Source: an uncultured Candidatus Binatia bacterium
GTDB lineage: Bacteria; Desulfobacterota; Binatia; Bin18; CBDCRK01
Length of the DNA stretch: 64,000 nt
Reading direction: 5' to 3'
Assembly (NCBI GenBank): GCA_965220955.1
Contig: CBDCRK010000032.1
Location: 388,994-452,993 of the forward strand
Below are positions 55,361 through 64,000 of this stretch, one piece after another; position 1 is the stretch's first letter; each line of letters begins with the position of its first letter. The position numbers and the translations under genes were made by a program. Below the pieces are notes generated by a model that saw only the letters and a program-made list of their open reading frames with translations, had not been told where the DNA came from and did no database searches.

Positions 55361-56683
55361 ATGGCTATTGAAATCATTATGCCTCGGCTCAGCGATACCA
55401 TGGAAGAAGGCAAGATTCTTAGGTGGCTGAAGCAGATGGGGGATATAGTGAAGATTGGGGAAGTGATTGCTGAGGTGGAGACGGATAAGGCAGACATGGA
55501 GCTAGAAGCCTTTGATGAAGGGGTGTTATCTGAGGTCCAGGTGCAGGAGGGGGAGTCTGCCCTGGTTGGTGCGGTGATTGCAGTTTTGGCTGAGACGGGG
55601 GAGCAGATTATACCTGCTCAGGCTAAGAAGAAAGGAGAGAAAAAGGAGACGGTAAAGGTAGAGAAGCTCCACCAAGAAACTCATCCTCCACCGGAGGTGC
55701 GGGTTAGGGAAGTACGAGACGAGAGCGAGGCCTCGGGCGGTGGGCTGGGCCCGCAAGCACAGGCCAGGCGGGAAGAAAAAACCAAGGAAGTCACTCCCCG
55801 GGAACGGATCTTTGCTTCGCCCTTGGTAAAGCGCATGGCTGAGGAACAAAGCATTGACCTGGCGCAGGTAAAAGGGAGTGGTCCTGGTGGCCGTATTGTG
55901 CGCAGCGATCTTGAAGCCTATATGGCGCAGTCTTGTCCCCAAGTAGCTCCGCAGCCACGAAGAGAGCTGCGGGAGGTACCTCCAGCTCCCAAACCCATTG
56001 CCGGGAAAAAAGAGGAGTTATCTCGCATGCGGGCAACGATTGCCAAGCGCATGGCAGAAAGCAAAAGAGAGATCCCGCATTTCTATGTTACAGCCGAGAT
56101 CGACATGACAGAAGCAGTACGGCTGAAAGATGCGCTTAAGGCGAGCGACCGAGTCGAGGTAGAGGTTACCTACACACATCTCATTGCCAAGGCAGTAGCC
56201 GTGGCGCTTGAGCGTCATCCTTACCTTAACGCCTCGTTTATCGAGGGAGCTAGGGAAGTCAAAGGAAGAGTTAACCTTGGTATTGCCGTAGCTGTGGAAG
56301 ATGGGCTGATTGTGCCCGTACTTAAGGAATGTGGGGGCCTCTCCCTTTTGAAGATTGCGGAAAGAGCTAATGCGCTAGTCGAGCGGATTCGTAGCGGTAA
56401 GCCTAGGGCCGATGATCTCTCTGATGGAACGTTTACTATCTCGAACATGGGTATGTTACCCGTTGAACACTTTGCGGCAGTGATTAATCCACCGCAAGGA
56501 GCTATTCTAGCTATAGGGGCAATCAAGGAACGACCCGTAGTGCGGGAGAGTCACATTGTTGCGGCTAAGACCATGATGGTTACTCTCTCCTGTGATCACC
56601 GTATTATCGATGGTATCGTTGCCGGGCAGTTTCTTGCGGAGCTAAAAACGCTTCTCGAGAATCCAGTGACCTTGATGGTGTAA
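55361..56683 (+). CDS. 2-oxoacid dehydrogenase complex E2 component (dihydrolipoamide acyltransferase), single lipoyl domain
   Basis: Lipoyl EVETDKADMEL. PSBD domain. Catalytic SCDHRIIDG. AGGAGGAGCATGTATG RBS. Confidence 0.9.
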   Translation: MAIEIIMPRLSDTMEEGKILRWLKQMGDIVKIGEVIAEVETDKADMELEAFDEGVLSEVQVQEGESALVGAVIAVLAETGEQIIPAQAKKKGEKKETVKVEKLHQETHPPPEVRVREVRDESEASGGGLGPQAQARREEKTKEVTPRERIFASPLVKRMAEEQSIDLAQVKGSGPGGRIVRSDLEAYMAQSCPQVAPQPRRELREVPPAPKPIAGKKEELSRMRATIAKRMAESKREIPHFYVTAEIDMTEAVRLKDALKASDRVEVEVTYTHLIAKAVAVALERHPYLNASFIEGAREVKGRVNLGIAVAVEDGLIVPVLKECGGLSLLKIAERANALVERIRSGKPRADDLSDGTFTISNMGMLPVEHFAAVINPPQGAILAIGAIKERPVVRESHIVAAKTMMVTLSCDHRIIDGIVAGQFLAELKTLLENPVTLMV

Positions 56684-56695
56684 CCCCCCTCCGTA

Positions 56696-56728
56696 ATCCT
56701 CCTTCACCGGTGGAGAGGAGATTTTTAA
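56696..56728 (+). terminator. probable intrinsic terminator after the E2 gene
   Basis: ATCCTCCTTCACC/GGTGGAGAGGAGAT imperfect stem followed by TTTTT. Confidence 0.4.
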
Positions 56729-56770
56729 GTTAGTTGAAAAGGGAATTGAACCATTACAGGAGAAGGTAGC

Positions 56771-58162
56771 ATGGAACAGTATGATCTAGTAGTGATCGGA
56801 GGCGGTCCTGGAGGGTATGTATCAGCTATCCGGGCGGCGCAGCTTGGGCTTAAAGTTGCGGTCGTTGAAAAAGACCGGCCCGGTGGCGTATGCCTCAACT
56901 GGGGGTGTATCCCGTCAAAGGCAATCCTTAGCTGTGCTGAACTGTATGAGTCTGTTAAAGAGGGGGAGCAATATGGCATCAAGGTACAGGGTCTTTCGCA
57001 TGATTACCCCCATGTGATCAAACGTAGCCGTGAGGCGGCCGATCGGTTAGCCAAGGGGGTAGAGTTTCTCTTAAAGAAAAATAAGGTAGCCTTGTTTGCC
57101 GGCAGGGGTCGGTTGGAAGGCAAGAATGCTGTGGCGGTCCTGCCGGAAGAGGGGCAGGCGCAAAAGCTTACTGCTGAACGGGTTATTATTGCCACGGGTT
57201 CGGCCGAGCGAAGTCTTCCCGGAGTAGAGATTGACGGTCAGCAGATCATCACTAGTCGGGAGGCTCTTGTTGATACAGAGATTCCTGAGGCTATGCTCAT
57301 TATTGGTGGGGGAGCGGTAGGAGTGGAGTTTGCCTATATTTACAGCACTTTTGGTAGCCGGGTGACCCTGGTGGAGATGGAGAAACAGCTCCTACCGGGG
57401 ATGGACTCTGAGATTGCGCGAGAACTACAGCGGGTGTTTAGGAAAAAGGGGATTGAGGTGCTTACAGACACTAAATTTCATAACCTCACAAAATTTCCTG
57501 GTCGGGTTGAGGTCATACTGGAAGCGGAGGGAAGCTTGAAGGAGCGGACGGCTAATAAGGTTTTGGTGGCGGTAGGGAGAAAGCCGCTCAGCGAAGGGCT
57601 AGGGCTGGAGGAATTGGGGGTAGAACTTGAGCGTGGGTTTATTAAAGTTGACGAGCACCTACGCACTGGTTGCGAGACGGTCTATGCCGTTGGTGATGTT
57701 AACGGTCCGCCGCTTCTTGCCCATGCGGCCTCGGAGGAGGGTATTGCTGCGGTGGAGATTATGCAGGGACAGCGGGAGAATGGAGTGGATCATAGCAAAA
57801 TTCCTGCTTGTATATACTGTCAACCCGAGGTGGCCACCGTCGGACTTACTGAAGAACAGGCAGCCGCCCAAGGGTATGAGGTGAGAACCGGCAAGTTTCC
57901 TTTCCGTGCCTCGGGCAAGGCCATTGCTGTCGGACACGAAGAGGGGTTTGTCAAGGTGGTAGTAGACAAGACCTATGGTGAGATCCTAGGCTGCCATATT
58001 ATCGGTAAGGGAGCAACTGATCTTATTGCCGAGATAAGCTTAGCGCAAACGCTGGAAGCTACCACTGTGGAACTAAGCAAGACCGTACATGCTCATCCCA
58101 CTCTCTCCGAGGCTATTATGGAAGCAGCCCTCAATGCTGAGGGCAGGTCGATCAATTTCTAA
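56771..58162 (+). CDS. lpdA: dihydrolipoyl dehydrogenase (E3)
   Basis: YDLVVIGGGPGGYVSAIRAAQLG, GGVCLNWGCIPSK redox disulfide. Confidence 0.9.
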   Translation: MEQYDLVVIGGGPGGYVSAIRAAQLGLKVAVVEKDRPGGVCLNWGCIPSKAILSCAELYESVKEGEQYGIKVQGLSHDYPHVIKRSREAADRLAKGVEFLLKKNKVALFAGRGRLEGKNAVAVLPEEGQAQKLTAERVIIATGSAERSLPGVEIDGQQIITSREALVDTEIPEAMLIIGGGAVGVEFAYIYSTFGSRVTLVEMEKQLLPGMDSEIARELQRVFRKKGIEVLTDTKFHNLTKFPGRVEVILEAEGSLKERTANKVLVAVGRKPLSEGLGLEELGVELERGFIKVDEHLRTGCETVYAVGDVNGPPLLAHAASEEGIAAVEIMQGQRENGVDHSKIPACIYCQPEVATVGLTEEQAAAQGYEVRTGKFPFRASGKAIAVGHEEGFVKVVVDKTYGEILGCHIIGKGATDLIAEISLAQTLEATTVELSKTVHAHPTLSEAIMEAALNAEGRSINF

Positions 58163-58227
58163 TTCAATCATTGGTTCATTTTCTTATTGGTCCAATGATT
58201 CAATGTTTCAATGAGCCAATTCTGGTG

Positions 58228-58941
58228 ATGGATAAGCGCTTACAATTAATGGATCTGGGGTTCGTGGATTACGGCAAAGCCTTGGAGGTACAGGCAGACC
58301 TGGTCCGGTCAAAGTGTGAGGGGGAAAAGGCCGACTATCTCCTCTTTGTCGAACACCCACCAGTGTACACCTTAGGAAGAGGTGGAGACGAAAGACACCT
58401 TCTGTTTCCGCTGCAAAAATGTAGGGACGGGTTTCAAACCCGCTCCCTACCCCCTCTAGTATACAGAGTAAGCCGCGGTGGCGATGCTACGTTTCACGGC
58501 CCTGGTCAGCTTGTGGTATATCCTATTCTTGATCTCAATCACCAGGGGCGAGACGTACACCTCTATCTACGCCAGCTTGAAACGGTGCTCATTGAGAGCT
58601 TGGCTATTTTTGGTCTTCAGGCCCAGAGGCTGCCCGGTCTAACTGGCGTGTGGGCAGAGGGAAAGAAAATTGCTTCTATTGGTGTGGGTGTACGACGCTG
58701 GATCAGTTTTCATGGGTTTGCCTTAAATGTGAATACCGACCTCAGGTTCTTTGACCACATTATTCCCTGTGGCCTGTATGACGTACGCATGACGTCAATG
58801 CGCGATCTCTTAGGCGAGGAGGTTTCGCTTGATCAGATCAGGGAGGTTGTAGGGCAGCGGTTTATACAGCAATTAGGCTACACAGTTGTATCGGCATGTC
58901 GGCAAGATGAAAAAGTTTATGGAGAAGTAAAGCCTGCCTGA
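58228..58941 (+). CDS. lipB: lipoyl(octanoyl) transferase
   Basis: VEHPPVYTLGRGG...RGGDATFHGPGQLVVYPIL. Carries a 10-11-codon in-frame palindromic insert. Confidence 0.85.
   Translation: MDKRLQLMDLGFVDYGKALEVQADLVRSKCEGEKADYLLFVEHPPVYTLGRGGDERHLLFPLQKCRDGFQTRSLPPLVYRVSRGGDATFHGPGQLVVYPILDLNHQGRDVHLYLRQLETVLIESLAIFGLQAQRLPGLTGVWAEGKKIASIGVGVRRWISFHGFALNVNTDLRFFDHIIPCGLYDVRMTSMRDLLGEEVSLDQIREVVGQRFIQQLGYTVVSACRQDEKVYGEVKPA
58425..58457. repeat. palindromic element TGTAGGGACGGGTTTCAAACCCGCTCCCTAC inside the lipB ORF, in frame; it belongs to the same family as 9634..9664
   Basis: 30 of 33 nt identical to 9632..9664. Encodes CRDGFQTRSLP within an extended loop between the conserved LFP and RGG segments. 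Confidence 0.6.
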
Positions 58942-60242
58942 GACAGGTCGGCTACGACTACCTTAAGGAGGCGCTCGGGACGAAGGTAAGATTTTGCTAC
59001 CTCCCTGACCTTTTCTAGCGTAACCTGGTCAATGAGATCCGTATAGCGATCCGGATAGTCCAAACCCAGGTCATAAAATTCCAGCAAGGCTAGAAAACCG
59101 GCTACGCTACTATTAGAGGCCAGGCGTAAAGGAAAGCTGTTAATTAGGTACGCTTTAGCCCGAGCCAGGTGCTGTGCTGTAACCCCTTTGTCAATAAAGC
59201 TCTGTACTACCTGTATGGATTCCTCCATGGCCTGTTTGGCGGTTGCGTTTTGGGTTTGCAGTACAATAGTAAAAGGACCAGGGTTTCTACGGGCAGAAAA
59301 TCGGCTGCTCACGTGGTAGACAAGACCCAGGTCTTCCCTGATGCGCTGCATCAATAATGACTCGAATCCACCGCCCCCCAATAGAGAGTTCATGACCCGT
59401 ACCGCATAGTAATCAGGGTTGCTACGCGCAATGCCCTGATGGCCCAGAATCACATTGGCCTGGCTTATCTCTTTATGGCCAGTAACCACCGCAGAGTTTT
59501 GGGGTAGAGTAGGGTCAGACCAAGGATGGTCAGGAATTTCCCCTGGTTGCCAGTCTTTAAACTGCTCCTCCAACAGGGCTAATGCCTCTTGCTGTGAAAT
59601 ACTGCCGGCGCAGGCCACAATAGTATTGTTGGGACGATAGTAAGTTTGATGGAAAGCTATAACATCAGCACGGGTGATGGCAGCAAGAGACTTCTCTTGT
59701 CCCTCAATAATCCGACCGTAAGGATGATCTGGGTAGAGGGTCTCCAAGAACATTTTTCTCGCCACCCAACCCGGATCCTCCTCCCGGGTTTTTAAGTACC
59801 CAAGGGTCTCTGTGCGTTTTTTGTCTAGCTCCTCAGTGGGGAATATAGGATGGACGAGTACTTCCGCTAGAAGGGCGGTAGCGGCTGTTAAATTTCTGCG
59901 CAGCGTAGTGAGGGTAAGGGTGGTCGAGTCATAACCGGCATTAGCACTGAGTGAGGCCCCTAAAAAATCAAGCTCTTCTGCCAGTACCAGAGCATCATAT
60001 TCTTTGCTACCACGGGTCAGAAGAAGGGCGGTAAGGTTTGCCAGGCCTTCTTTTCCCTTTTGGTCTTGAGCTGAAGCTGCTTTGACAAATACCGTCATCA
60101 CCACCATAGGAATTTCCGGCCGCTCAGCTACAAGCAGGGTAAGACCATTATCCAGGACCGACCGTTTACCAAGCGCCTCAGCGGATACTACGGTGGGCAG
60201 AAACAGAGAAAGGTAAATTGCTAAAGTGATAAACCGTCGCAC
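58917..60242 (-). CDS. M16 family peptidase, non-catalytic-type subunit (no HxxEH), with a signal peptide
   Basis: Insulinase fold features. Lacks the zinc motif. Its stop abuts the start of the upstream gene. Confidence 0.75.
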   Translation of the reverse strand: MRRFITLAIYLSLFLPTVVSAEALGKRSVLDNGLTLLVAERPEIPMVVMTVFVKAASAQDQKGKEGLANLTALLLTRGSKEYDALVLAEELDFLGASLSANAGYDSTTLTLTTLRRNLTAATALLAEVLVHPIFPTEELDKKRTETLGYLKTREEDPGWVARKMFLETLYPDHPYGRIIEGQEKSLAAITRADVIAFHQTYYRPNNTIVACAGSISQQEALALLEEQFKDWQPGEIPDHPWSDPTLPQNSAVVTGHKEISQANVILGHQGIARSNPDYYAVRVMNSLLGGGGFESLLMQRIREDLGLVYHVSSRFSARRNPGPFTIVLQTQNATAKQAMEESIQVVQSFIDKGVTAQHLARAKAYLINSFPLRLASNSSVAGFLALLEFYDLGLDYPDRYTDLIDQVTLEKVREVAKSYLRPERLLKVVVADLSQAGFTSP

Positions 60243-60253
60243 AGACTTCTCCC

Positions 60254-61600
60254 TTATCTTCCGCTGTTACTAGCCGCAGGAATAAGCACTCCTACGGTGC
60301 GATTATCTTCCGTGAGGTATGTTTGAGCAACTTTCTGCACGGCCTCGGGCGTTACCGCACGAATGCCCCGAATGACTTCCTTGATTAGCTGCCAATCACC
60401 CAGGGTGGCGTATTGGCCCAGTTGCAGAGCCCGATAAAAGAGGGAATCCTGACCGAAGATGAAAGAAGATTCAACTAGATTTTGTGCTCGCTCAAGCTCG
60501 CGCTGCGAGACCAGCTGAGCTTTAAGTTTTTCCACCTCCTCATAGAGAGCGGCTTCAGCCTCCTGCCAACTTTTCTCTGTTGCCCCACGCAAAGAAAGGG
60601 TGAAAAGGCCAGGGTCTGGGGAGAGTCGGTCATAACCAGCATCCACGCCAAGTGCCAGTGTCTTTTCTTCGATCAAGGCACGACGTAAACGCGAACTTCG
60701 ACCATCTCCAAGAATGGTCGCCAGCAAGGTAAGGGCAAAGCTGTCATCGTTTTGATAGTTGGGGACATGGTAGGCCGCCACGACTATGGGCAGAGAAGCG
60801 GGACGCCTAAGGGCTATCCGCCGTTCTCCTTTTTGGGGAGGTTCCACCGCCCGGACCGGTGGCGGCGAAGGTGAAGAAGGAATGGAGCCAAAGGACTCTT
60901 TAATCGTGGCAAGCAAGGGTTGGGGCTCTACGTCTCCGGCCACAACCAGGATGGTATTGTTAGGCGCATAGTAAGTCTGCCGAAAGTCAAGGAGGTCTTC
61001 CATAGTGATGTTTTCCAAGTCCGTCATCCAGCCAACCACTGGCCAGCCATAGGGATGGGCGGTAAAGGCGGCTGCTCGCACTTGTTCGAACAATTCAGAC
61101 CCTGGGTTATCGGTCGTACGCAGACGTCTTTCCTCCATAACGACTTGCTTTTCGGCAGCCAGGATCTCTTGGTTGAGAACAAGATTAGCCATGCGGTCTG
61201 CTTCTAGCTCGATGACTAGGTCGAGGTGTGAGGCCGCAATATTCTCGAAATAGGTAGTGTGGTCATCGGTGGTAAACGCATTAAGGCTTCCACCCTTCTC
61301 TTGCACCAGGCGAGAGAACTCTCCCGGACCAAACTTTTTGCTACCGCGAAACATAAGGTGCTCGAACATATGGGCAAGCCCGGTGATTCCTAGGCGCTCG
61401 TTGCGTGAGCCTACTTGATACCAAACCTGAAGGGAAGCAACCGGAGTATGATGATCGACAAGAATGAGCACTTGCAGGCCATTAGGCAGGGTTTCCGTAG
61501 TAACATTCCAGGATGGCTCTTCTGCTGCTGTGCAGAGCGAAGACAGTAGTAAGACAAGAAAAAAGCCCTTTATCCCATAAATCCCCAGACGCTCAACCAC
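60254..61600 (-). CDS. M16 family zinc peptidase (HxxEH present), with a signal peptide
   Basis: GLAHMFEHLMFRGS. Confidence 0.85.
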   Translation of the reverse strand: MVERLGIYGIKGFFLVLLLSSLCTAAEEPSWNVTTETLPNGLQVLILVDHHTPVASLQVWYQVGSRNERLGITGLAHMFEHLMFRGSKKFGPGEFSRLVQEKGGSLNAFTTDDHTTYFENIAASHLDLVIELEADRMANLVLNQEILAAEKQVVMEERRLRTTDNPGSELFEQVRAAAFTAHPYGWPVVGWMTDLENITMEDLLDFRQTYYAPNNTILVVAGDVEPQPLLATIKESFGSIPSSPSPPPVRAVEPPQKGERRIALRRPASLPIVVAAYHVPNYQNDDSFALTLLATILGDGRSSRLRRALIEEKTLALGVDAGYDRLSPDPGLFTLSLRGATEKSWQEAEAALYEEVEKLKAQLVSQRELERAQNLVESSFIFGQDSLFYRALQLGQYATLGDWQLIKEVIRGIRAVTPEAVQKVAQTYLTEDNRTVGVLIPAASNSGR

Positions 61601-61668
61601 ACTGTTACCCTCTGTCTCCTTTTTTGCTGAACTCCCACGCCCTCATTCCTTACGTAAAGAGAAATGGC

Positions 61669-61929
61669 CTAACGGCGAGTGTAGAGGTCACGGCATTCCT
61701 GACTACAAAAGTAAACAATCTGTCCCTGGAAAGAAGTCTTGAGGGCCTCTTTCTCAAATATAAAACGGCCGCACTGGGGGTCCTGGATCATGAGTGCCCC
61801 TTCTTCTTGTCCTTTTTCCTTTCTTTTGTCTCGGCGGGGAAGAGAAGTGGGCAGAAGGAGGCGTCGCACGCCTGAAATAATCAGGAAGACGGCAAAAGCA
61901 AGAAGCAAGAGGCGAATGATCCAGCCCAT
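61669..61929 (-). CDS. small membrane-anchored YHS/TRASH-like domain protein
   Basis: N-terminal TM. C-terminal DPQCGRFI...IVYFCSQECRDLY matches the YHS pattern (DPVCGM...YYFCS..C). Confidence 0.5.
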   Translation of the reverse strand: MGWIIRLLLLAFAVFLIISGVRRLLLPTSLPRRDKRKEKGQEEGALMIQDPQCGRFIFEKEALKTSFQGQIVYFCSQECRDLYTRR

Positions 61930-61942
61930 AGATAAGCGCGTC

Positions 61943-62797
61943 CTACTGCCCCGTTGGGCTTTGCAGATAACGGAGCAACTCTGAGTCTGGCTGCAGCATT
62001 AGAGTCGTGCGACTGGTAAGAGTCTTCTCATATGTCTGCAGCCGCCGGGTAAAGGCATAGAACTCCGGGTCCCGGCCATAGGACTGGGCATAGATGGTGG
62101 TGGCCTCGGCATCCCCCTCACCGGTGAGGTTCTGGCTGGTCTCATAGGCCTTGGCAAGGATAACCTCCCGCTCCCTATCCGCCCCAGCACGGATCTCTCT
62201 AGCCCGCTCATCACCCTCAGCCCGGTAGCGCTTGGCAATGCGCTCGCGCTCGGCCCGCATGCGGGCAAACACACTTGCCTGGACTTCTTGGGGTAGGTCT
62301 AGTCGCTTGATGCGCACGTCAAGGACCTCGATGCCAAAGGTTTTGGCCGTCTCTAGGGTGTCCTTGGTTACTACCTGCATAATATCCTCGCGATTTTCAC
62401 GAACAAAATCGAGGAAGTTGTGCCTGGCGATTTCCTGGCGCAGGCGGGCAGAAATAATGTCGTCCAAGCGCGCCATGGCCCGTTGTTGGTCGCGCACACT
62501 ACGATAAAAGTCTAAGGGTTCCTGGATACGCCAGCGCGACACATGGTCTACCAACACCCGCTTTTTATCCAGGGTGATATACTCAGCTGCTCTTGCGTCG
62601 GTTGTAAGCACCCGCTTCTCAAAGCGGCTGAGGTTTTGGATAACAGGAAACTTAAAGTGAAGCCCTGGCTCCTTTAAGATCCGTTTGGGCTCGCCGAACT
62701 GGATGACCATTCCTTGCTCCCACTCGCCTATGGTAAAGGCAGCCTGGAAGGCAACAAAGAGAGCAACTAGTCCAATGCCAATAACAAGCCTGACCAT
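61943..62797 (-). CDS. hflC: protease modulator HflC (SPFH/band-7)
   Basis: N-terminal TM plus SPFH domain. Lies next to hflK. Confidence 0.85.
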   Translation of the reverse strand: MVRLVIGIGLVALFVAFQAAFTIGEWEQGMVIQFGEPKRILKEPGLHFKFPVIQNLSRFEKRVLTTDARAAEYITLDKKRVLVDHVSRWRIQEPLDFYRSVRDQQRAMARLDDIISARLRQEIARHNFLDFVRENREDIMQVVTKDTLETAKTFGIEVLDVRIKRLDLPQEVQASVFARMRAERERIAKRYRAEGDERAREIRAGADREREVILAKAYETSQNLTGEGDAEATTIYAQSYGRDPEFYAFTRRLQTYEKTLTSRTTLMLQPDSELLRYLQSPTGQ

Positions 62798-62802
62798 AGC
62801 AA

Positions 62803-63906
62803 TTACCTCCCGTCTTCGTTAGTGGTAGAGTTGTTTCCCTGGGGGCGACCCCCCGCCTCTCCTGAGGTTGGGGGGGAGAGCAAATCCTTGAGGGGCAAGA
62901 TCGGAACTACTCCCCCGCTCTCGCCGGCGTTAAGAATGAACTTTTCCATGGTGGGCATGATGCGCTCCACGCTTTCCAGGTAGAGGCGGTCCCTGGTGAC
63001 CTCCTTGGCCTTTTGGTACTCGGTCAATATTTTGAGAAATTTTTCCGCATCACCCTGGGCACGGATGACCCGCTGGGCTTTGTAGGCTTCGGCCTGCTGC
63101 ACCATTTGGGCAGCCTCTCCCCGGGCTTTGGGCACAACGTCTTCTCGGTAGCCCTCGGACTCCTTCACCAGCCGATCTCTGTCCTCCAGGGCTCGCACCA
63201 CGTCATGAAAGGCGTCGCGCACTTCCTCGGGAGGGTCAACAACCAAAAGCCGAGCCTCGGTGACCAGCAAGCCGGTCTGATAGGCATCAAGTAAACTCTG
63301 GAGGTGGCTTTTTGCCTGCTCTTGGACTTCGAACCGGCCGTCGGTCATGGTGTAGTCGATGGTGTTTTGCCCTACCGCACTGCGTAAGGCTACTTCTGTT
63401 GAGGTGTGCAGGATTTCCTCGGGGTTGCGAGCATGAAACAGAAACTGCACTGGATCCTGGATCCGGTATTGGACAAAGAGCTGTACCTCAACCATGTTTT
63501 CATCACCGGTGAGCATTAGGGCCTCCTGAGGTACTGTACGCGTGCTTCCTCTGGTCTCGCGCCTGGAGATGGTGCGCGTTGGGATAGTGCCCATTGTACG
63601 AAACCCCACCTCGGCTCTGCGCACCTGGGCAATGTCTACCACCGCATGACTCTGGATAGGCCAGGGCAGGCGGTAGCTTAACCCCGGCCCAGTTTCTCTC
63701 GCCACCTGGCCGAAGAGCAGCACCACGCCGCGCTCCCCAGGTCCGACCACGAAAATGCCTGAGCCCAGCCAGAGGGCCAGCAGGATGGCCGGGATAAGCC
63801 AGATCCCAAATCCCTGAGTGAACCGCTGTCCCCACCTCTTTAGGCCCTCCAACCCCTCCAGCAATTCATCTGCCGGAGAAGAATTTCCACGATTCTGTCC
63901 ATTCAT
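62803..63906 (-). CDS. hflK: protease modulator HflK (SPFH/band-7)
   Basis: N-terminal TM, SPFH domain, Gly/Pro-rich C-terminus. Confidence 0.85.
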   Translation of the reverse strand: MNGQNRGNSSPADELLEGLEGLKRWGQRFTQGFGIWLIPAILLALWLGSGIFVVGPGERGVVLLFGQVARETGPGLSYRLPWPIQSHAVVDIAQVRRAEVGFRTMGTIPTRTISRRETRGSTRTVPQEALMLTGDENMVEVQLFVQYRIQDPVQFLFHARNPEEILHTSTEVALRSAVGQNTIDYTMTDGRFEVQEQAKSHLQSLLDAYQTGLLVTEARLLVVDPPEEVRDAFHDVVRALEDRDRLVKESEGYREDVVPKARGEAAQMVQQAEAYKAQRVIRAQGDAEKFLKILTEYQKAKEVTRDRLYLESVERIMPTMEKFILNAGESGGVVPILPLKDLLSPPTSGEAGGRPQGNNSTTNEDGR

Positions 63907-64000
63907 AATTACCCTCCTTTTCTCCTACGAGAGAATTACATCTGACGATAACAGGAAAGACATCAGAAAGTGTAGCGCATGTGCAGACACATTGCTACAT

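Noticed and set aside
1-64000. CRISPR arrays, rRNA and tRNA genes
   Set aside because: I found no regularly spaced direct repeats with unique spacers and no stretches with tRNA-like cloverleaf complementarity in the intergenic regions. I cannot exclude a tRNA without running a covariance model.

Overview
Overview: this 64-kb window reads as chromosomal DNA at roughly 55-58 % GC (estimated by eye), with strong AGGAGG-type ribosome-binding sites and several F420/LLM-class oxidoreductases. That pattern suggests a Chloroflexota-like or actinobacterial-like host, but this is inference only.

Main content, first ~47 kb: an accessory, catabolism-flavoured region that is highly paralogous. It carries four amidohydrolase-2 (PF04909-like) genes, two full amidases plus an amidase N-terminal fragment, a gamma-glutamyltranspeptidase, four luciferase-like (LLM) oxidoreductases plus three LLM relics (one of them part of a decayed F420-LLM locus copy), a Rieske oxygenase, a nitroreductase, and a GST. 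The region also contains two paralogous divergent gene pairs of the form amidohydrolase-2 <-> N,N-dimethylformamidase-large-subunit-like (DmfA2-like) protein.

The same region is mosaic:
- a REP-associated tyrosine transposase (RAYT / IS200-like transposase fused to a DnaA-C-like HTH), bounded by 15-bp inverted repeats;
- at least four palindromic repeat families, one of which is inserted in-frame into lipB;
- at least nine gene relics (hydantoinase N-terminus, PIN-like, amidase N-terminus, pentapeptide-repeat protein, a decayed F420-LLM locus copy, an SRPBCC protein, a 2-hydroxyacid-dehydrogenase C-terminus, and two LLM fragments);
- compositionally deviant inserts: an AT-rich Kv-type K+ channel, an AT-rich HTH-fused orphan DNA methyltransferase, a GC-rich MmeI-like type IIG restriction-modification enzyme, and a GC-rich homocysteine methyltransferase;
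- toxin-antitoxin elements: a mazEF pair and an orphan addiction-module antitoxin.

Remaining part, from ~47.7 kb: mostly housekeeping genes. These are archease-rtcB-gpmA, a CoA-transferase, a membrane Mrr-like endonuclease, def, rnhB, the 2-oxoacid dehydrogenase E2 and E3 components with lipB, an M16 peptidase pair, a YHS-domain protein, and hflKC.

A perfect (AGCTATC)x4 heptanucleotide microsatellite lies inside rnhB.

No rRNA, tRNA or CRISPR array was recognised.

Every family assignment below comes from reading motifs in the supplied translations. No database search was run.
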